Source: an uncultured Verrucomicrobiota bacterium (lineage in GTDB: Bacteria > Verrucomicrobiota > Kiritimatiellia > RFP12 > UBA3636). Taken from it: a DNA stretch of 59,845 bases. Each line of letters begins with the position of its first letter. Position 1 is the stretch's first letter. Below, piece after piece: positions 8,881 through 18,532 of the stretch. The stretch covers positions 1-59,845 of the forward strand of contig CAMVRE010000003.1 of assembly GCA_947169825.1 (NCBI GenBank), read 5' to 3'. Below the pieces are notes generated by a model. The model was not told where the DNA came from. It saw only the letters and a program-made list of their open reading frames with translations, and ran no database searches. The translations under genes were made by a program, and so were the position numbers.

Positions 8881-8916
8881 AAGCCGCTTGTCCCCGCAAG
8901 CGGCTTCTGGTAGACT
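8881..8916 (+). promoter_or_regulatory. Promoter of the large C10 peptidase gene, overlapped by a perfect inverted repeat
   Basis: TTGTCC (8888-8893), 17 bp, TAGACT (8911-8916). The inverted repeat is AAGCCGCTTG-N6-CAAGCGGCTT (8881-8906). Confidence 0.55.
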
Positions 8917-8952
8917 GCCCCTCATTCTTCCACCCAACCTTTTTTCGATTCC

Positions 8953-11900
8953 ATGAAAGCCCCGCGCAGACGCTGTTTCCATCTTCTCCCGACCTTCCTT
9001 CTGCCGCTTCTCGCCGTCCAGCCGGCTACGGCGGAGGAAATCACCCTCGACCAGGCGGAGACCGCCGTCGGGAACTGGATCGCCGCCGGCGGCGGGTTCG
9101 GGAAACTGTCCAGCGGAACCGAGGTGTCCGGCAGGACGCTCGAGGATCCGGAAACCGGGGCGAGGATGCATGTCGTGAACGTTCCCGGCAAGGGATTCGT
9201 CGTTACCTCCGCCGACGACGGCATCGAGCCGATTGTGATGTTCTCCGACGACGGCGGCGTGGAGTTTGTCGCAGAGGTGGGCAACCCCGTATGGGATTTG
9301 CTCCGCTGGGACCTTGCTGTTCGCTCAGCAACGCTTCGAGAAGAACTTGAAGCGAGGAGAATGACGGAGACAAGCAATGATATGCCCGTTCATCGCAACA
9401 AGTCTTCCTTGTATTCCTCGATCGAAACTAGCGGGCAAACGGACAATTGTTCGCCGCGCGAAAAATGGAACGATCTTTTACGCAGGGAACTTAGGAAACG
9501 ATCCGCCTCGCGAGCGGCTTATGCCTCTTTGGAAGTTCTTGCGGAAGATGTTCGGCGATCACCGTTTTTGAAAACGAGGTGGAACCAGGGGAACGTAGGC
9601 GGACTCCCTTGTTACAACTATTTTACTCCGGTAAAGACCACTATCACGGTTGTAGGATCTTCTTCACGGGCTGTTCCTGCAGGGCATTCTGAAACACTGG
9701 AAACAAATCAAACGCACTACGTTTGCGGATGCGTTGCGACGGCTGGTGCCCAGTTGATGAAGTATTGGGAGCACCCGAAGTCGAGCGTCTCGCGCACAAC
9801 TGAAAAATGTTATGTGGACGGGACCTCAACCAATATAACGACGATAGGAGGAAAGTATAGGTGGTCTTCCATGCCGAACAAACCCGCGTCGAATGCGTCG
9901 AGGGATGAGCGCGAAGCAATCGGCCATTTGACTTTTGACATAGGGGTTTCATGCGGTGCCTCATACAAGGATGGTGGAACATCGATCAATATGGGGGCGC
10001 TTATTGCAAATTTGAAGTCTGTATTTAAATACCAATCGGCCTGCGGGGTTAATTGCAAAGTCGCCAGTTCGTCCGGATCGTCTTTTGAAACGCTGAAGAA
10101 TATGGTTCTTCCGAATCTCGATGTTCGAGCGCCCGTTCTTGTGGGAATCCGAAATACGGCCTCGGGGGGCGGGCATTGTGTTCTGGCGGACGGATACGGT
10201 TATCAGTCGGGTAGCCTTTACTTGCATTTGAATATGGGATGGGGAGGCTCCGCCGACCTGTGGTACTCCCCTCCACTTATTAGAACGTACGATGTCATTG
10301 ACTACATAGGCGGAAATGTGTTCCCAAATGAAACAGGATCGATTTTGAGCGGACGGGTCATAGGCAAAAACGGGCGCCCCATTGGCCATGCGGTTGTCAG
10401 CTTGCTATCTTCAAATGGCACCCAAGAAGGAACGTTTATTTCTGCGGAAGATGGTGTCTTTCATTTCGTCAAAACCGCCGGAACGTATGTTGTTGCCGCC
10501 GAAGCCGCAAATCATTATGCCGATTCAGAAACCATTGTTCTTGGCAGTTCGTCGACAAGTTCGATTGGAAACACAATACATGACATTTCCCTGATGGATG
10601 CCGAAACCGTTTCAGCGATTTGGCATCGCAGTTCCACTGTGACGCCAAATTCCGGCGCATCGGTTCGAACTCGTTCTGGCGAACAGACCGATCTTGTCAT
10701 TTCCGGTCCAATTATGGTGGCGCTAGGGTCTGAAACGGACAGTGCTATGATCCACTATACCTTGGACGGCACAATGCCGACGGCCGAAAGCCCGCTCTAC
10801 GACGGCCCAATCTCGATCCAGGACACGACAACGCTCCGTGCCGTGGCGTATGCCGACGGCATGGAGTGTAGCGAGACATTTGAGCAGACATGGACGTATG
10901 TCGACCCGGTCAGTCGCGACAACTTCGCGGATGCGCGTCCGTTGGCGAGCACGAGCGGCAGTTCGACTTTTTCCAACGTCGGCTACACGAGGGAGGGCGG
11001 AGAGCCGGTCCACTCGAGCGCCGGGTCTTCCGGCGGCGCCTCGGCGTGGGCGTCGTGGACGGCGCCGTCGACCGGAGACTGGACGTTCCGGCTCGAGTCC
11101 GCCGGGGACAATGCGCAGGTGACCACCCCCAATCCGCAGCTGGCGGTATACATCGGTTCCTCCGTTGATGCATTAACCCTCGTGGCCGCGAACGACGACA
11201 TTTGTCCGGATCGGTGGAGCGACGCCTACGACGTCTCGAGCATGGTCGCCTTTTCGGCTTTCGCTGGCGAGACCTACAAAATCGCAATGGACACGCGCTA
11301 TGGCTCCTATGGCGACTCCTACGTCGGAGACCTGCTCCTGAGCTGGGCCGAGGGTTTTACGCATTGGGCGAGGCTCGACTACTGTTCCCTGTTTGCACCC
11401 GGACCGGGAACGACGGCCTCGGTTGGCGTGGAATCCTCCGCTGGCTGGTGCGTCGTCGAGTGCTCCGATTGGATCATTCCCGATTCGGCGACGGGAACCA
11501 ACGGACAGCAGCTCGCGTTCTCCGTCCTCGCCAACGAAACCGGTGCGGATCGCTACGGCTCCATCTCGATCCAGTCCGGAAACTCCGACATCGCCACGGT
11601 GTCGGTCCGGCAGCACGTCATGGACTTCGTCACGAAACGGGAGGAGGCGGTGGAGGCGGCCTGGCGGGAGAACAAGCGCATACTTCTCGTCCGCGGACGA
11701 GAAGTATGCCCCAACACGAGCGGAACCCTTTTCTCGTCCATTCCGTCTTCGACCATCCGACCGCTGGTAGAGGCCGGGTACGTCCTCTGGTACAGCAATT
11801 GTGATCGCCAGCGGGATGCGAGCGCCTATTCCGCCGGAGGATCCCTTCCCACGGTCGCCATCCTCGACCCGCTGGACATGTCCGCCCCCGCCCCCGCGAC

Positions 11901-14900
11901 ATCCGGCTATCAAAGCCCGGGCGAGCTCAGGTCCTTTCTCGAGACGAATGCATCTTGGGACGGGCTTGCGTCGCCAACGGAAGTGACGCTTTCAGGCGTC
12001 GGCACGGTGATGTCGGCAACACCCTTTTCGATGGCCGCGACGTTTGCGGACGGCACCGTCCTTGACATGAAGCATGGCACGACCTGGGCAATCGCATCCG
12101 GATCGGCCGCGACAATTTCAAAGACTGGCGTCCTGACGCCCGTGTCCGGGAAGACGGGAACCGTGACGGTGAGCGGTTCCGTTGTCCTGCGGGGTCAGAC
12201 ATACACGCGGACAAAGAGTGTTCGCATCGTCGATCCGACAACCGTCACGGGACTCTCCCTGAGCGGGCCGGGCACCATAGACCTCTACGACGAAGTCAGC
12301 GGGCTCTTCACGGCGACCGCCACGTTCAGAGACGGGACAACGGCGATCATCGCCCCCAACTGGTCGGTTGAGGAGACCGCCGTCACGAATGCGGTTATTT
12401 CTTCGGATGGCCTTGTCACGTTCCCCGACCCGGAGAAATACACCAAGGCGTCCAGGCTCAGGGTCACGGCGGAGTGTAACGGCATATCGGCGTCGAAAGA
12501 GGCCGACGTGTGGGGGTGGAGCGTCACCCTGTCGTCGTGGACGACGCCGCAGCGCGTCGTCTGGCCGGGGCAAACGCTGAAGATCGTGCCCAAGACCGTG
12601 ACATGGTGGCGGCACGGCAAGACGGAGGAGCCGACGACGGATCTATCCAACGTCGACTTCGGCATCGAACACGGCTGGGTGAACGGAAAAACATTATTGA
12701 GCGCCGCCAACGCGGCTTCCGGTGAGAACGGCCTGACGCAGAAAATACCAACCGACGTTTCGGAACCAGAAGGCGACTGCAGCTTTTATGTCACGACGGC
12801 GGCGACGCGGTTTGGACATACCATTACAAAGGTTAAATGGCCGGAGTTCAAGTATCTGCCTTCCGCTCCCTTGCAGACGGTCGACGTGACCTTCGTCGCG
12901 GATGGTGGCGAACCGGCGACGCAGACAACGAAGTACGCTGTAGGACACACCTACGGCCATTTCCCGGACGCCGCCCGCAAGGGATATTACGGCACCTGGT
13001 ACACAGCGGCCGAAGGCGGAACCCGCATGACTACCGCCTCGAACTGCGTCGCCTCCGTGACGCGGCTCCATGCCCGGTGGTCGCCGAACAGCTACTACAT
13101 CTCCTACGACTCCAACGGCGGCACGGGGTCGATGTATGGACAATACTTCTACTACGACACTCCTGCCAACCTGCGACCCAACGCCTTCTCGAAGCCCGGC
13201 TCGGTCTTCGCCGGCTGGGCGACGGCGCCGGACGGCGAAGTCGTCTTCGAGGACGAGGCGGCCATCCTCAACCTCTACGACTCCTACCATTCCCTCAAGC
13301 TCTACGCCAAGTGGGTCGAGAACGGCTACCGAATCTCGTTCGACGCGAACGGGGGCGTCGGCTCGATGCCGCCGCACATCTGCCGCATCGGCACCCGCTC
13401 CGCCCTCCCGCCGACCCTCTTCACGAGGCGCGGCGCGACGTTCGCCGGCTGGGCGAGAGCGCCTGGAAGCGCGGCGGAGTTCGCCGACCGTTCCGAAGTC
13501 TTGAACCTCGTCTCGACCGTCGGCTCCACCGTGACGCTCTACGCCGTCTGGAACCTTCCCGCCGTGAAGACGATTGAGCTGACAGGACCCGACGTCATCG
13601 ACCTCTACGATGTGGAGTCGGCGCAGTTTTCGGCCGTATGCCGACTTGCGAACGGCACTGCGGTGGATGTCGCGCCCAAATGGGTGATCGAGGAGACCGC
13701 CGTCACCAACGCGGTTGTCTCCACCGACGGTCTCATTTCGTTCCCCGATCCCACAAAATACACGAAAGCGTCCAAGCTGAGAGTGACGGCCGACTGCAAC
13801 GGCGTGCGCGCCTCCCGCATGGTCGACGTGTGGGGCTGGCGCGCCTCGCTGTCGTCATGGACGACGCCGCGACGCGTCGTCTGGCCGGGGCAGGCGATCC
13901 AGGTCGTGCCGCTGGCCGTGACCTGGTGGCGGCACGGCGTGACGGAGAATCCGACGACGGATTTCTCCGGCGTCACGTTCGGCTTCTACTACGGCTACAT
14001 CAACGGGAACACGTATCTGAGCGCCACGAGTGCGACATCCGGACCGGATGGTCTTTCCCTGGTTCTTCCGGAAGGTCTGTCGGAACCGGAGGGCCGCTGC
14101 TACATGGGCGTCAAGACCGATGCAATGCGTCATGGAAAGACGGTCTCGAGCTACCTCTACCCCTACTTCAAGTTTCTGCCCTCCGCTCCGGCGCAGACGG
14201 TCTCGGTGACGTTCGAAGCGAACGGCGGGGAGCCGGCGACCCAGACGATGGAATACGCGGCAGGCTACACCTACGGCTATCTGCCGGAAGCCGTCCGCAA
14301 AGGGTATTCCTATGGCGGCTGGTACACTGCGGCGGCGGGCGGAACGCAGATTTCGACGGAATCGACCTGCGATGCCTCCCAGACGCGGCTCTATGCCAGA
14401 TGGTCGCCGCGCTACTACTACATCGATTACGATCCCAACGGCGGAACGGGGACGATGTACGGGCAATACTTCTACTATGACGATCCCGCCAACCTGACGG
14501 CCAACGCCTTCACGAAAGTCGGCCATACGTTCGGCGGCTGGTCCATGGAGCCGGGCGGCGTGGCGGTCTTCAAGGACAAGGCGGCCATCCTCAACCTCGC
14601 CAGCGTCTATACGAACATCACGCTCTACGCCGCCTGGACTCCCGCCACGTACACCGTGACGCTCAACGCCCAGAACGGTACGGGCGGCTCCGCCTCCGCC
14701 ACCGCGACCTACGGCGCCGCCATGCCCGCCATCACGATGCCGGCCCGCACCGGGTACGCGTTCGGCGGCTACTACACCGCGGCCAACGGTGGCGGCACCC
14801 TGTACTACACCGCCGCCGGAACCTCCGCCCGCACCTGGGACAAGGCCGCCGCCACGACCCTCTACGCCAAGTGGACGGCCAAGACCTATGCCGTGACGCT

Positions 14901-16065
14901 GGATCCGCAGGGCGGCGAAGGCGGCTCCGCCACCGTCACGGCAACCTTCGGCTCCGCCCTGCCCGACATCGCGGTCCCCCGTCTCGAAGGGCTCTTCTTC
15001 GACGGATACTGGACGGAGCCGGACGGCGAAGGCGTCCCGTACTACACCGGGTCCGGCACGAGCGCGAGGAACTGGGATCTGGCCTCCGGAACAACGCTGT
15101 ACGCCCACTGGATCGAATCCGTCCCGCTCGCCGTCCACCGCTTCTACTCGAAGGCCTACAAGGGCCACTTCTTCACGATCTCGGAGGAAGAGAAGCAGAA
15201 CCTGATCGACACGAACCCGAACTGGAGGTACGAGGGGGCCTCATACCGGGCCTTTACGAACCAGGTCGCCGGAACGGCGGCGCTCTACCGCTTCTACTCG
15301 AAGGGCTACCGGGGACACTTCTTCACGGTCGACGCCGAAGAGGCGGAAACGGTGAAGAAGAACCCGAACTGGAAATACGAAGGCATCGCCTACTACGTGT
15401 ATCCGGAGAAGGTCGAAGGCTCCGTGCCGGTGTTCCGGTTCTGGAGCAAGGCCTACCGCCACCACTTCTACACGACCGACGAGGCCGAGAAGGACACGCT
15501 GATCGCCACGAACCCGAACTGGAAGTACGAGACCGTCGCCTTCTGGGCGCTGCCCGCGGAGGACGACAAGGCGAAATTCGCAATGCGCAAGGCCCAAGAC
15601 GCAATGCGCAATGCAGAAATCCTCATGCTGAATGAGGAACCGGACGCACCGGGATTCGCACTGGAAACGGAAGACGGGGAGCGGATCGCCACGCCGGGCG
15701 TGGCCAAGGTCGGGAATGCGCTCCTCGAGACACGCGGAGAGGCGCCGGACGCCGCGGAGCTTGCCTCTCACGCAGAGAGCGCAGCGTTCAAATCTCACGC
15801 AGAGAGCGCAGAGAACGCAGAGTCTTCTTCTCACGCGGAGTCCGCGGAGGTCACGGAGGCCCTTCCCTTCCGTCTGGCGCTGCCCACCGGCGTCTGGAGC
15901 GCTTCGCTCTGGAGCGCCGCGGAGGGCATGCTCGAAGAGGAGGAGGCCAAAGGCTCCTTCGACTTCGCCCTGCCCGCAACCAGCGTCTGGCACTGGCTTC
16001 GCGTCCGCGACGCGGCGGACGAGGACGCCGACAACGCCTTCTCCCTCTGGCTGCGGGCGGAATAG
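8953..16065 (+). CDS. Secreted C10 (streptopain-family) cysteine peptidase, 2370 aa, with Ig-like/PPC/BACON/thioredoxin-like/InlB repeats, DUF5648 x3 and the shared C-terminal domain
   Basis: Signal peptide and Spi-like prodomain (GFVVTSADDGIEPIVMFS). Catalytic motifs WNQG, CGCVATAGAQLMKY, GGHCVLADGY and HLNMGWGG. YTLDGTMPT (chitobiase/FN3-associated), InlB repeats and three DUF5648 repeats follow. Ends FSLWLRAE. Confidence 0.9.
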   Translation: MKAPRRRCFHLLPTFLLPLLAVQPATAEEITLDQAETAVGNWIAAGGGFGKLSSGTEVSGRTLEDPETGARMHVVNVPGKGFVVTSADDGIEPIVMFSDDGGVEFVAEVGNPVWDLLRWDLAVRSATLREELEARRMTETSNDMPVHRNKSSLYSSIETSGQTDNCSPREKWNDLLRRELRKRSASRAAYASLEVLAEDVRRSPFLKTRWNQGNVGGLPCYNYFTPVKTTITVVGSSSRAVPAGHSETLETNQTHYVCGCVATAGAQLMKYWEHPKSSVSRTTEKCYVDGTSTNITTIGGKYRWSSMPNKPASNASRDEREAIGHLTFDIGVSCGASYKDGGTSINMGALIANLKSVFKYQSACGVNCKVASSSGSSFETLKNMVLPNLDVRAPVLVGIRNTASGGGHCVLADGYGYQSGSLYLHLNMGWGGSADLWYSPPLIRTYDVIDYIGGNVFPNETGSILSGRVIGKNGRPIGHAVVSLLSSNGTQEGTFISAEDGVFHFVKTAGTYVVAAEAANHYADSETIVLGSSSTSSIGNTIHDISLMDAETVSAIWHRSSTVTPNSGASVRTRSGEQTDLVISGPIMVALGSETDSAMIHYTLDGTMPTAESPLYDGPISIQDTTTLRAVAYADGMECSETFEQTWTYVDPVSRDNFADARPLASTSGSSTFSNVGYTREGGEPVHSSAGSSGGASAWASWTAPSTGDWTFRLESAGDNAQVTTPNPQLAVYIGSSVDALTLVAANDDICPDRWSDAYDVSSMVAFSAFAGETYKIAMDTRYGSYGDSYVGDLLLSWAEGFTHWARLDYCSLFAPGPGTTASVGVESSAGWCVVECSDWIIPDSATGTNGQQLAFSVLANETGADRYGSISIQSGNSDIATVSVRQHVMDFVTKREEAVEAAWRENKRILLVRGREVCPNTSGTLFSSIPSSTIRPLVEAGYVLWYSNCDRQRDASAYSAGGSLPTVAILDPLDMSAPAPATSGYQSPGELRSFLETNASWDGLASPTEVTLSGVGTVMSATPFSMAATFADGTVLDMKHGTTWAIASGSAATISKTGVLTPVSGKTGTVTVSGSVVLRGQTYTRTKSVRIVDPTTVTGLSLSGPGTIDLYDEVSGLFTATATFRDGTTAIIAPNWSVEETAVTNAVISSDGLVTFPDPEKYTKASRLRVTAECNGISASKEADVWGWSVTLSSWTTPQRVVWPGQTLKIVPKTVTWWRHGKTEEPTTDLSNVDFGIEHGWVNGKTLLSAANAASGENGLTQKIPTDVSEPEGDCSFYVTTAATRFGHTITKVKWPEFKYLPSAPLQTVDVTFVADGGEPATQTTKYAVGHTYGHFPDAARKGYYGTWYTAAEGGTRMTTASNCVASVTRLHARWSPNSYYISYDSNGGTGSMYGQYFYYDTPANLRPNAFSKPGSVFAGWATAPDGEVVFEDEAAILNLYDSYHSLKLYAKWVENGYRISFDANGGVGSMPPHICRIGTRSALPPTLFTRRGATFAGWARAPGSAAEFADRSEVLNLVSTVGSTVTLYAVWNLPAVKTIELTGPDVIDLYDVESAQFSAVCRLANGTAVDVAPKWVIEETAVTNAVVSTDGLISFPDPTKYTKASKLRVTADCNGVRASRMVDVWGWRASLSSWTTPRRVVWPGQAIQVVPLAVTWWRHGVTENPTTDFSGVTFGFYYGYINGNTYLSATSATSGPDGLSLVLPEGLSEPEGRCYMGVKTDAMRHGKTVSSYLYPYFKFLPSAPAQTVSVTFEANGGEPATQTMEYAAGYTYGYLPEAVRKGYSYGGWYTAAAGGTQISTESTCDASQTRLYARWSPRYYYIDYDPNGGTGTMYGQYFYYDDPANLTANAFTKVGHTFGGWSMEPGGVAVFKDKAAILNLASVYTNITLYAAWTPATYTVTLNAQNGTGGSASATATYGAAMPAITMPARTGYAFGGYYTAANGGGTLYYTAAGTSARTWDKAAATTLYAKWTAKTYAVTLDPQGGEGGSATVTATFGSALPDIAVPRLEGLFFDGYWTEPDGEGVPYYTGSGTSARNWDLASGTTLYAHWIESVPLAVHRFYSKAYKGHFFTISEEEKQNLIDTNPNWRYEGASYRAFTNQVAGTAALYRFYSKGYRGHFFTVDAEEAETVKKNPNWKYEGIAYYVYPEKVEGSVPVFRFWSKAYRHHFYTTDEAEKDTLIATNPNWKYETVAFWALPAEDDKAKFAMRKAQDAMRNAEILMLNEEPDAPGFALETEDGERIATPGVAKVGNALLETRGEAPDAAELASHAESAAFKSHAESAENAESSSHAESAEVTEALPFRLALPTGVWSASLWSAAEGMLEEEEAKGSFDFALPATSVWHWLRVRDAADEDADNAFSLWLRAE
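12253..14640 (+). repeat. Internal tandem duplication (about 1320 bp offset) within the 2370-aa peptidase gene
   Basis: SGPGTIDLYD..EETAVTNAV..FPDP.KYTKAS.LRVTA.CNG..VWGW..LSSWTTP.RVVWPGQ..VTWWRHG occurs at about 12253 and again at about 13573. Confidence 0.85.
15316..16065 (+). repeat. Near-identical 750-bp repeat, copy 1 (3' end of the first C10 gene)
   Basis: Matches 26936-27685 at offset 11620 with 9 differences counted by eye. 15340-15923 is identical. Confidence 0.9.
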
Positions 16066-16080
16066 ACGAAACCTTCGACA

Positions 16081-18456
16081 ATGCCCTTGCCCCACGACCG
16101 GTTCGGTACCGCCCTTCCCCTCGCCGTCTGCCTCCTCTGCATGGCGGCACTGGCGCCGCTATTGGGCGCGCCGCTCCTTTTCGACGACGACTCGGTGGTC
16201 GCGAAGGATCCGTTCGTGGCGGCGGTCTGCTCGGATGATTCCGACGATGGCTCCCCGTTCCATGACCTGTGGCACCGGCCGCGTCCCGTCCGGATCCTGA
16301 CGCATCGCATCGATGCGAAGGTCTTCGGCCCCTCCCTCGTCGGCCCCCATGCGGAGAACATCGCGCTACATATCGGAGTCGGGCTCCTCTTCGCCGCCCT
16401 GCTGCGCGCAATCGGCGTTCCGGATGGAACGCGGCTCGCGGCGATGGCGCTCTTCCTGCTCCATCCGGTCTGCGTGGAATCCGTAGGCATTCTGAGCCAC
16501 CGGAAGGAAATCCTCTCCGCGCTGTTCCTCCTGGCGGCGCTGCACCTGTCGCTCTCGAGCCGTCCCGCGGTCCGGGCCGCGGCCTTGCCCCTCCTTTTCC
16601 TCGCGACCTTTTCCAAGGAAACGTCGGTCGTGTTCCCGGCGCTCTGGCTACTGGCGGACTCCGAACGTTCCCGACGGGCCGGAAAGCCCTTCCGCCCCGA
16701 CGGCCCCCGCCTTCGCGCCTTCGCCCTCTGGACGCTCCTTTCCGGCGCGCTTGCCGCGCTCGCCTGGCTCCAGATCCGGCACGGCATGGCCGTCCTTGGG
16801 GCCGCCCCCGCGCTCGATCCGGACCGAGCGGGGCATTTCGGCGGCGGCGCGCCCTGGGGGCTCGCCGTCTCCGCCGCGCTCCGGGCGCTTCCCCGGCATC
16901 TGGCCGGGCTTCTCGTGCCGTGGGGGCACTCGATCGACCCGGCCTTCGACCTCGATGTCCCGCTCGCGTCCCCGCGCACGCTCGGGGCCGCGGCGTTCTG
17001 GATTGCCGTCGTGGCGGCCCTCTTCCGGCTGCTGCGACGCCGATCGGGGCTGTCCGCCCCGCTGGCGTGGACGGTCGTCGCTCTTTCCCCCTATCTGTTC
17101 CCTCCTTTTCTCCGCTCGGGGGGAACCGCCGCCTATTGCGACCGCTACGCCTACCTGGCGGCGGCCGGATTCGCGTGGCTCCTGGCGGAGGGGCTCCATG
17201 CGGCGGCCGCAAGGGCGGGACTCCTCGGCCGAAGGGCGGCCGCGCCCGCGGCGGCCGTCGCCGCCGTGTTCGCGGGCTGTACGCTGGCGGAGGCGCTCGA
17301 CTTCCGGTCCGAGGCGGCGTTCTGGGGCCGGGCAAGCCGATGGAACCCCCGGTCGCCCCAATCGCGGTACAATCTCGCCTACGCGCTCTGGACGGAAGAG
17401 GGGAAGGCCAAGGATGCCCAGGCCGAATTCGAACGGATGCGGGCGCTCGCCCCGGGCTTCGCGTTCGGCATGGCCGGCTATGCCGACTTTCTCGCGTCGC
17501 AACGGAAGGACGACGCGGCGCTCGAGATTCTGGAGCAAGGCCTCCGAAGCCGGCCCGGAAATCCGATCCTGCTCCGGAAGAAACCGGCGATCCTTCTCCA
17601 TGCCGGACGATACACGTCGGCCCTGAAGGCCTGCCGGGCGGCCGAAGCCGCCGGCATCGGCTCGGCCTCCTTCCAGTTCGTCTTCGCGGAGGCCTGCCGC
17701 AACAACCTGCTCTGGCCCGAGGCATATCGTCGGTACCGAAGGGCCGCGGCCGCCGACCCCTCGTACCGCGAAGCCGCCCGGAGGAACGCCATCCTGGTCG
17801 CAGACCCCGCCGACGCGGACAAGGCGCGCGGCCTTCTGGTGCTGGGGGACAGCGTCCCGCACGGAACGGACGCGCTCGGCGCGGGAAGGCCGGGGACGCC
17901 CCTGGCGCAACGCGTCGCCGCGCGGCTCGGCGACCTCCCCTTCCGGGACGATTCGGAGCCGGGAAGCCTCGCGGGCGACCTGCCCCCGACCATCGCCGAA
18001 CGGTCGGAACAAGGCGAGGAGCGCCCTCGCTGGTGCATCGTCATGACCGGCCACAACGACGCCTTCCACGGAATTCCGGCGGACCCGATTCTGTTCCAGA
18101 TCGCCCAATGCGCCTACCGGGCGAGAGAGGCCGGAATGCGGGTTCTCGTCGTCGGCCCGATTCCCGTGAAGGACGCCCCGGAACGGAATCGGGGACGACA
18201 GGAGGAAATCCTGGCCGAACTGGACGCGAAGCTCGCCGCGTTCTGCACCTCGTCCCGCGTGGCATTCGTCTCCTCGCGGGACGGCCTCGCCGAAGTCGCC
18301 GCGCCGCCCGGAGGATGGCTCGTTCCGGAGGCGGGAAACCACCTCGTCGACGCAGGCCTCGAACGGGTCGCCGACCTCTGCGCCGACGCCATCCGCCGCG
18401 CGGAGGCGACGAACCGGCGGAAAACGCTCGATCCAGACTTGCCTTCCGCACGATGA
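16081..18456 (+). CDS. TMTC-like GT-C glycosyltransferase with TPR region and C-terminal SGNH domain
   Basis: LLFDDDSVV acidic loop, RP..H..NIALH, LFLLHPVCVESV..RKE, FSKE and DRYAYL motifs across multiple TM segments. TPR-like helices follow, then SGNH blocks GDSV, G, GHND and GNH. Confidence 0.75.
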   Translation: MPLPHDRFGTALPLAVCLLCMAALAPLLGAPLLFDDDSVVAKDPFVAAVCSDDSDDGSPFHDLWHRPRPVRILTHRIDAKVFGPSLVGPHAENIALHIGVGLLFAALLRAIGVPDGTRLAAMALFLLHPVCVESVGILSHRKEILSALFLLAALHLSLSSRPAVRAAALPLLFLATFSKETSVVFPALWLLADSERSRRAGKPFRPDGPRLRAFALWTLLSGALAALAWLQIRHGMAVLGAAPALDPDRAGHFGGGAPWGLAVSAALRALPRHLAGLLVPWGHSIDPAFDLDVPLASPRTLGAAAFWIAVVAALFRLLRRRSGLSAPLAWTVVALSPYLFPPFLRSGGTAAYCDRYAYLAAAGFAWLLAEGLHAAAARAGLLGRRAAAPAAAVAAVFAGCTLAEALDFRSEAAFWGRASRWNPRSPQSRYNLAYALWTEEGKAKDAQAEFERMRALAPGFAFGMAGYADFLASQRKDDAALEILEQGLRSRPGNPILLRKKPAILLHAGRYTSALKACRAAEAAGIGSASFQFVFAEACRNNLLWPEAYRRYRRAAAADPSYREAARRNAILVADPADADKARGLLVLGDSVPHGTDALGAGRPGTPLAQRVAARLGDLPFRDDSEPGSLAGDLPPTIAERSEQGEERPRWCIVMTGHNDAFHGIPADPILFQIAQCAYRAREAGMRVLVVGPIPVKDAPERNRGRQEEILAELDAKLAAFCTSSRVAFVSSRDGLAEVAAPPGGWLVPEAGNHLVDAGLERVADLCADAIRRAEATNRRKTLDPDLPSAR

Positions 18457-18467
18457 TTTGCTATTCT
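18439..18467 (+). promoter_or_regulatory. Putative promoter of the GGSYGSS-repeat protein gene
   Basis: TTGCCT (18439-18444), 17 bp, TG-C-TATTCT (18459-18467). Confidence 0.5.
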
Positions 18468-18505
18468 CCCGACCGACGGCCACGCCTCGCAAAAACTCCT
18501 CGCAT

Positions 18506-18515
18506 CCCCCCCCCC
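18506..18515 (+). repeat. C10 homopolymer in the 5' leader
   Basis: Ten consecutive C lie between the promoter and ATG 18533. Confidence 0.8.
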
Positions 18516-18532
18516 GAAACCATCCGACAACC

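Noticed and set aside
8953-9030. Twin-arginine (Tat) signal in MKAPRRRCF and MKNKNIRRLV
   Set aside because: The match is weak, it is absent from the other array proteins, and RR is common in high-GC signal peptides.
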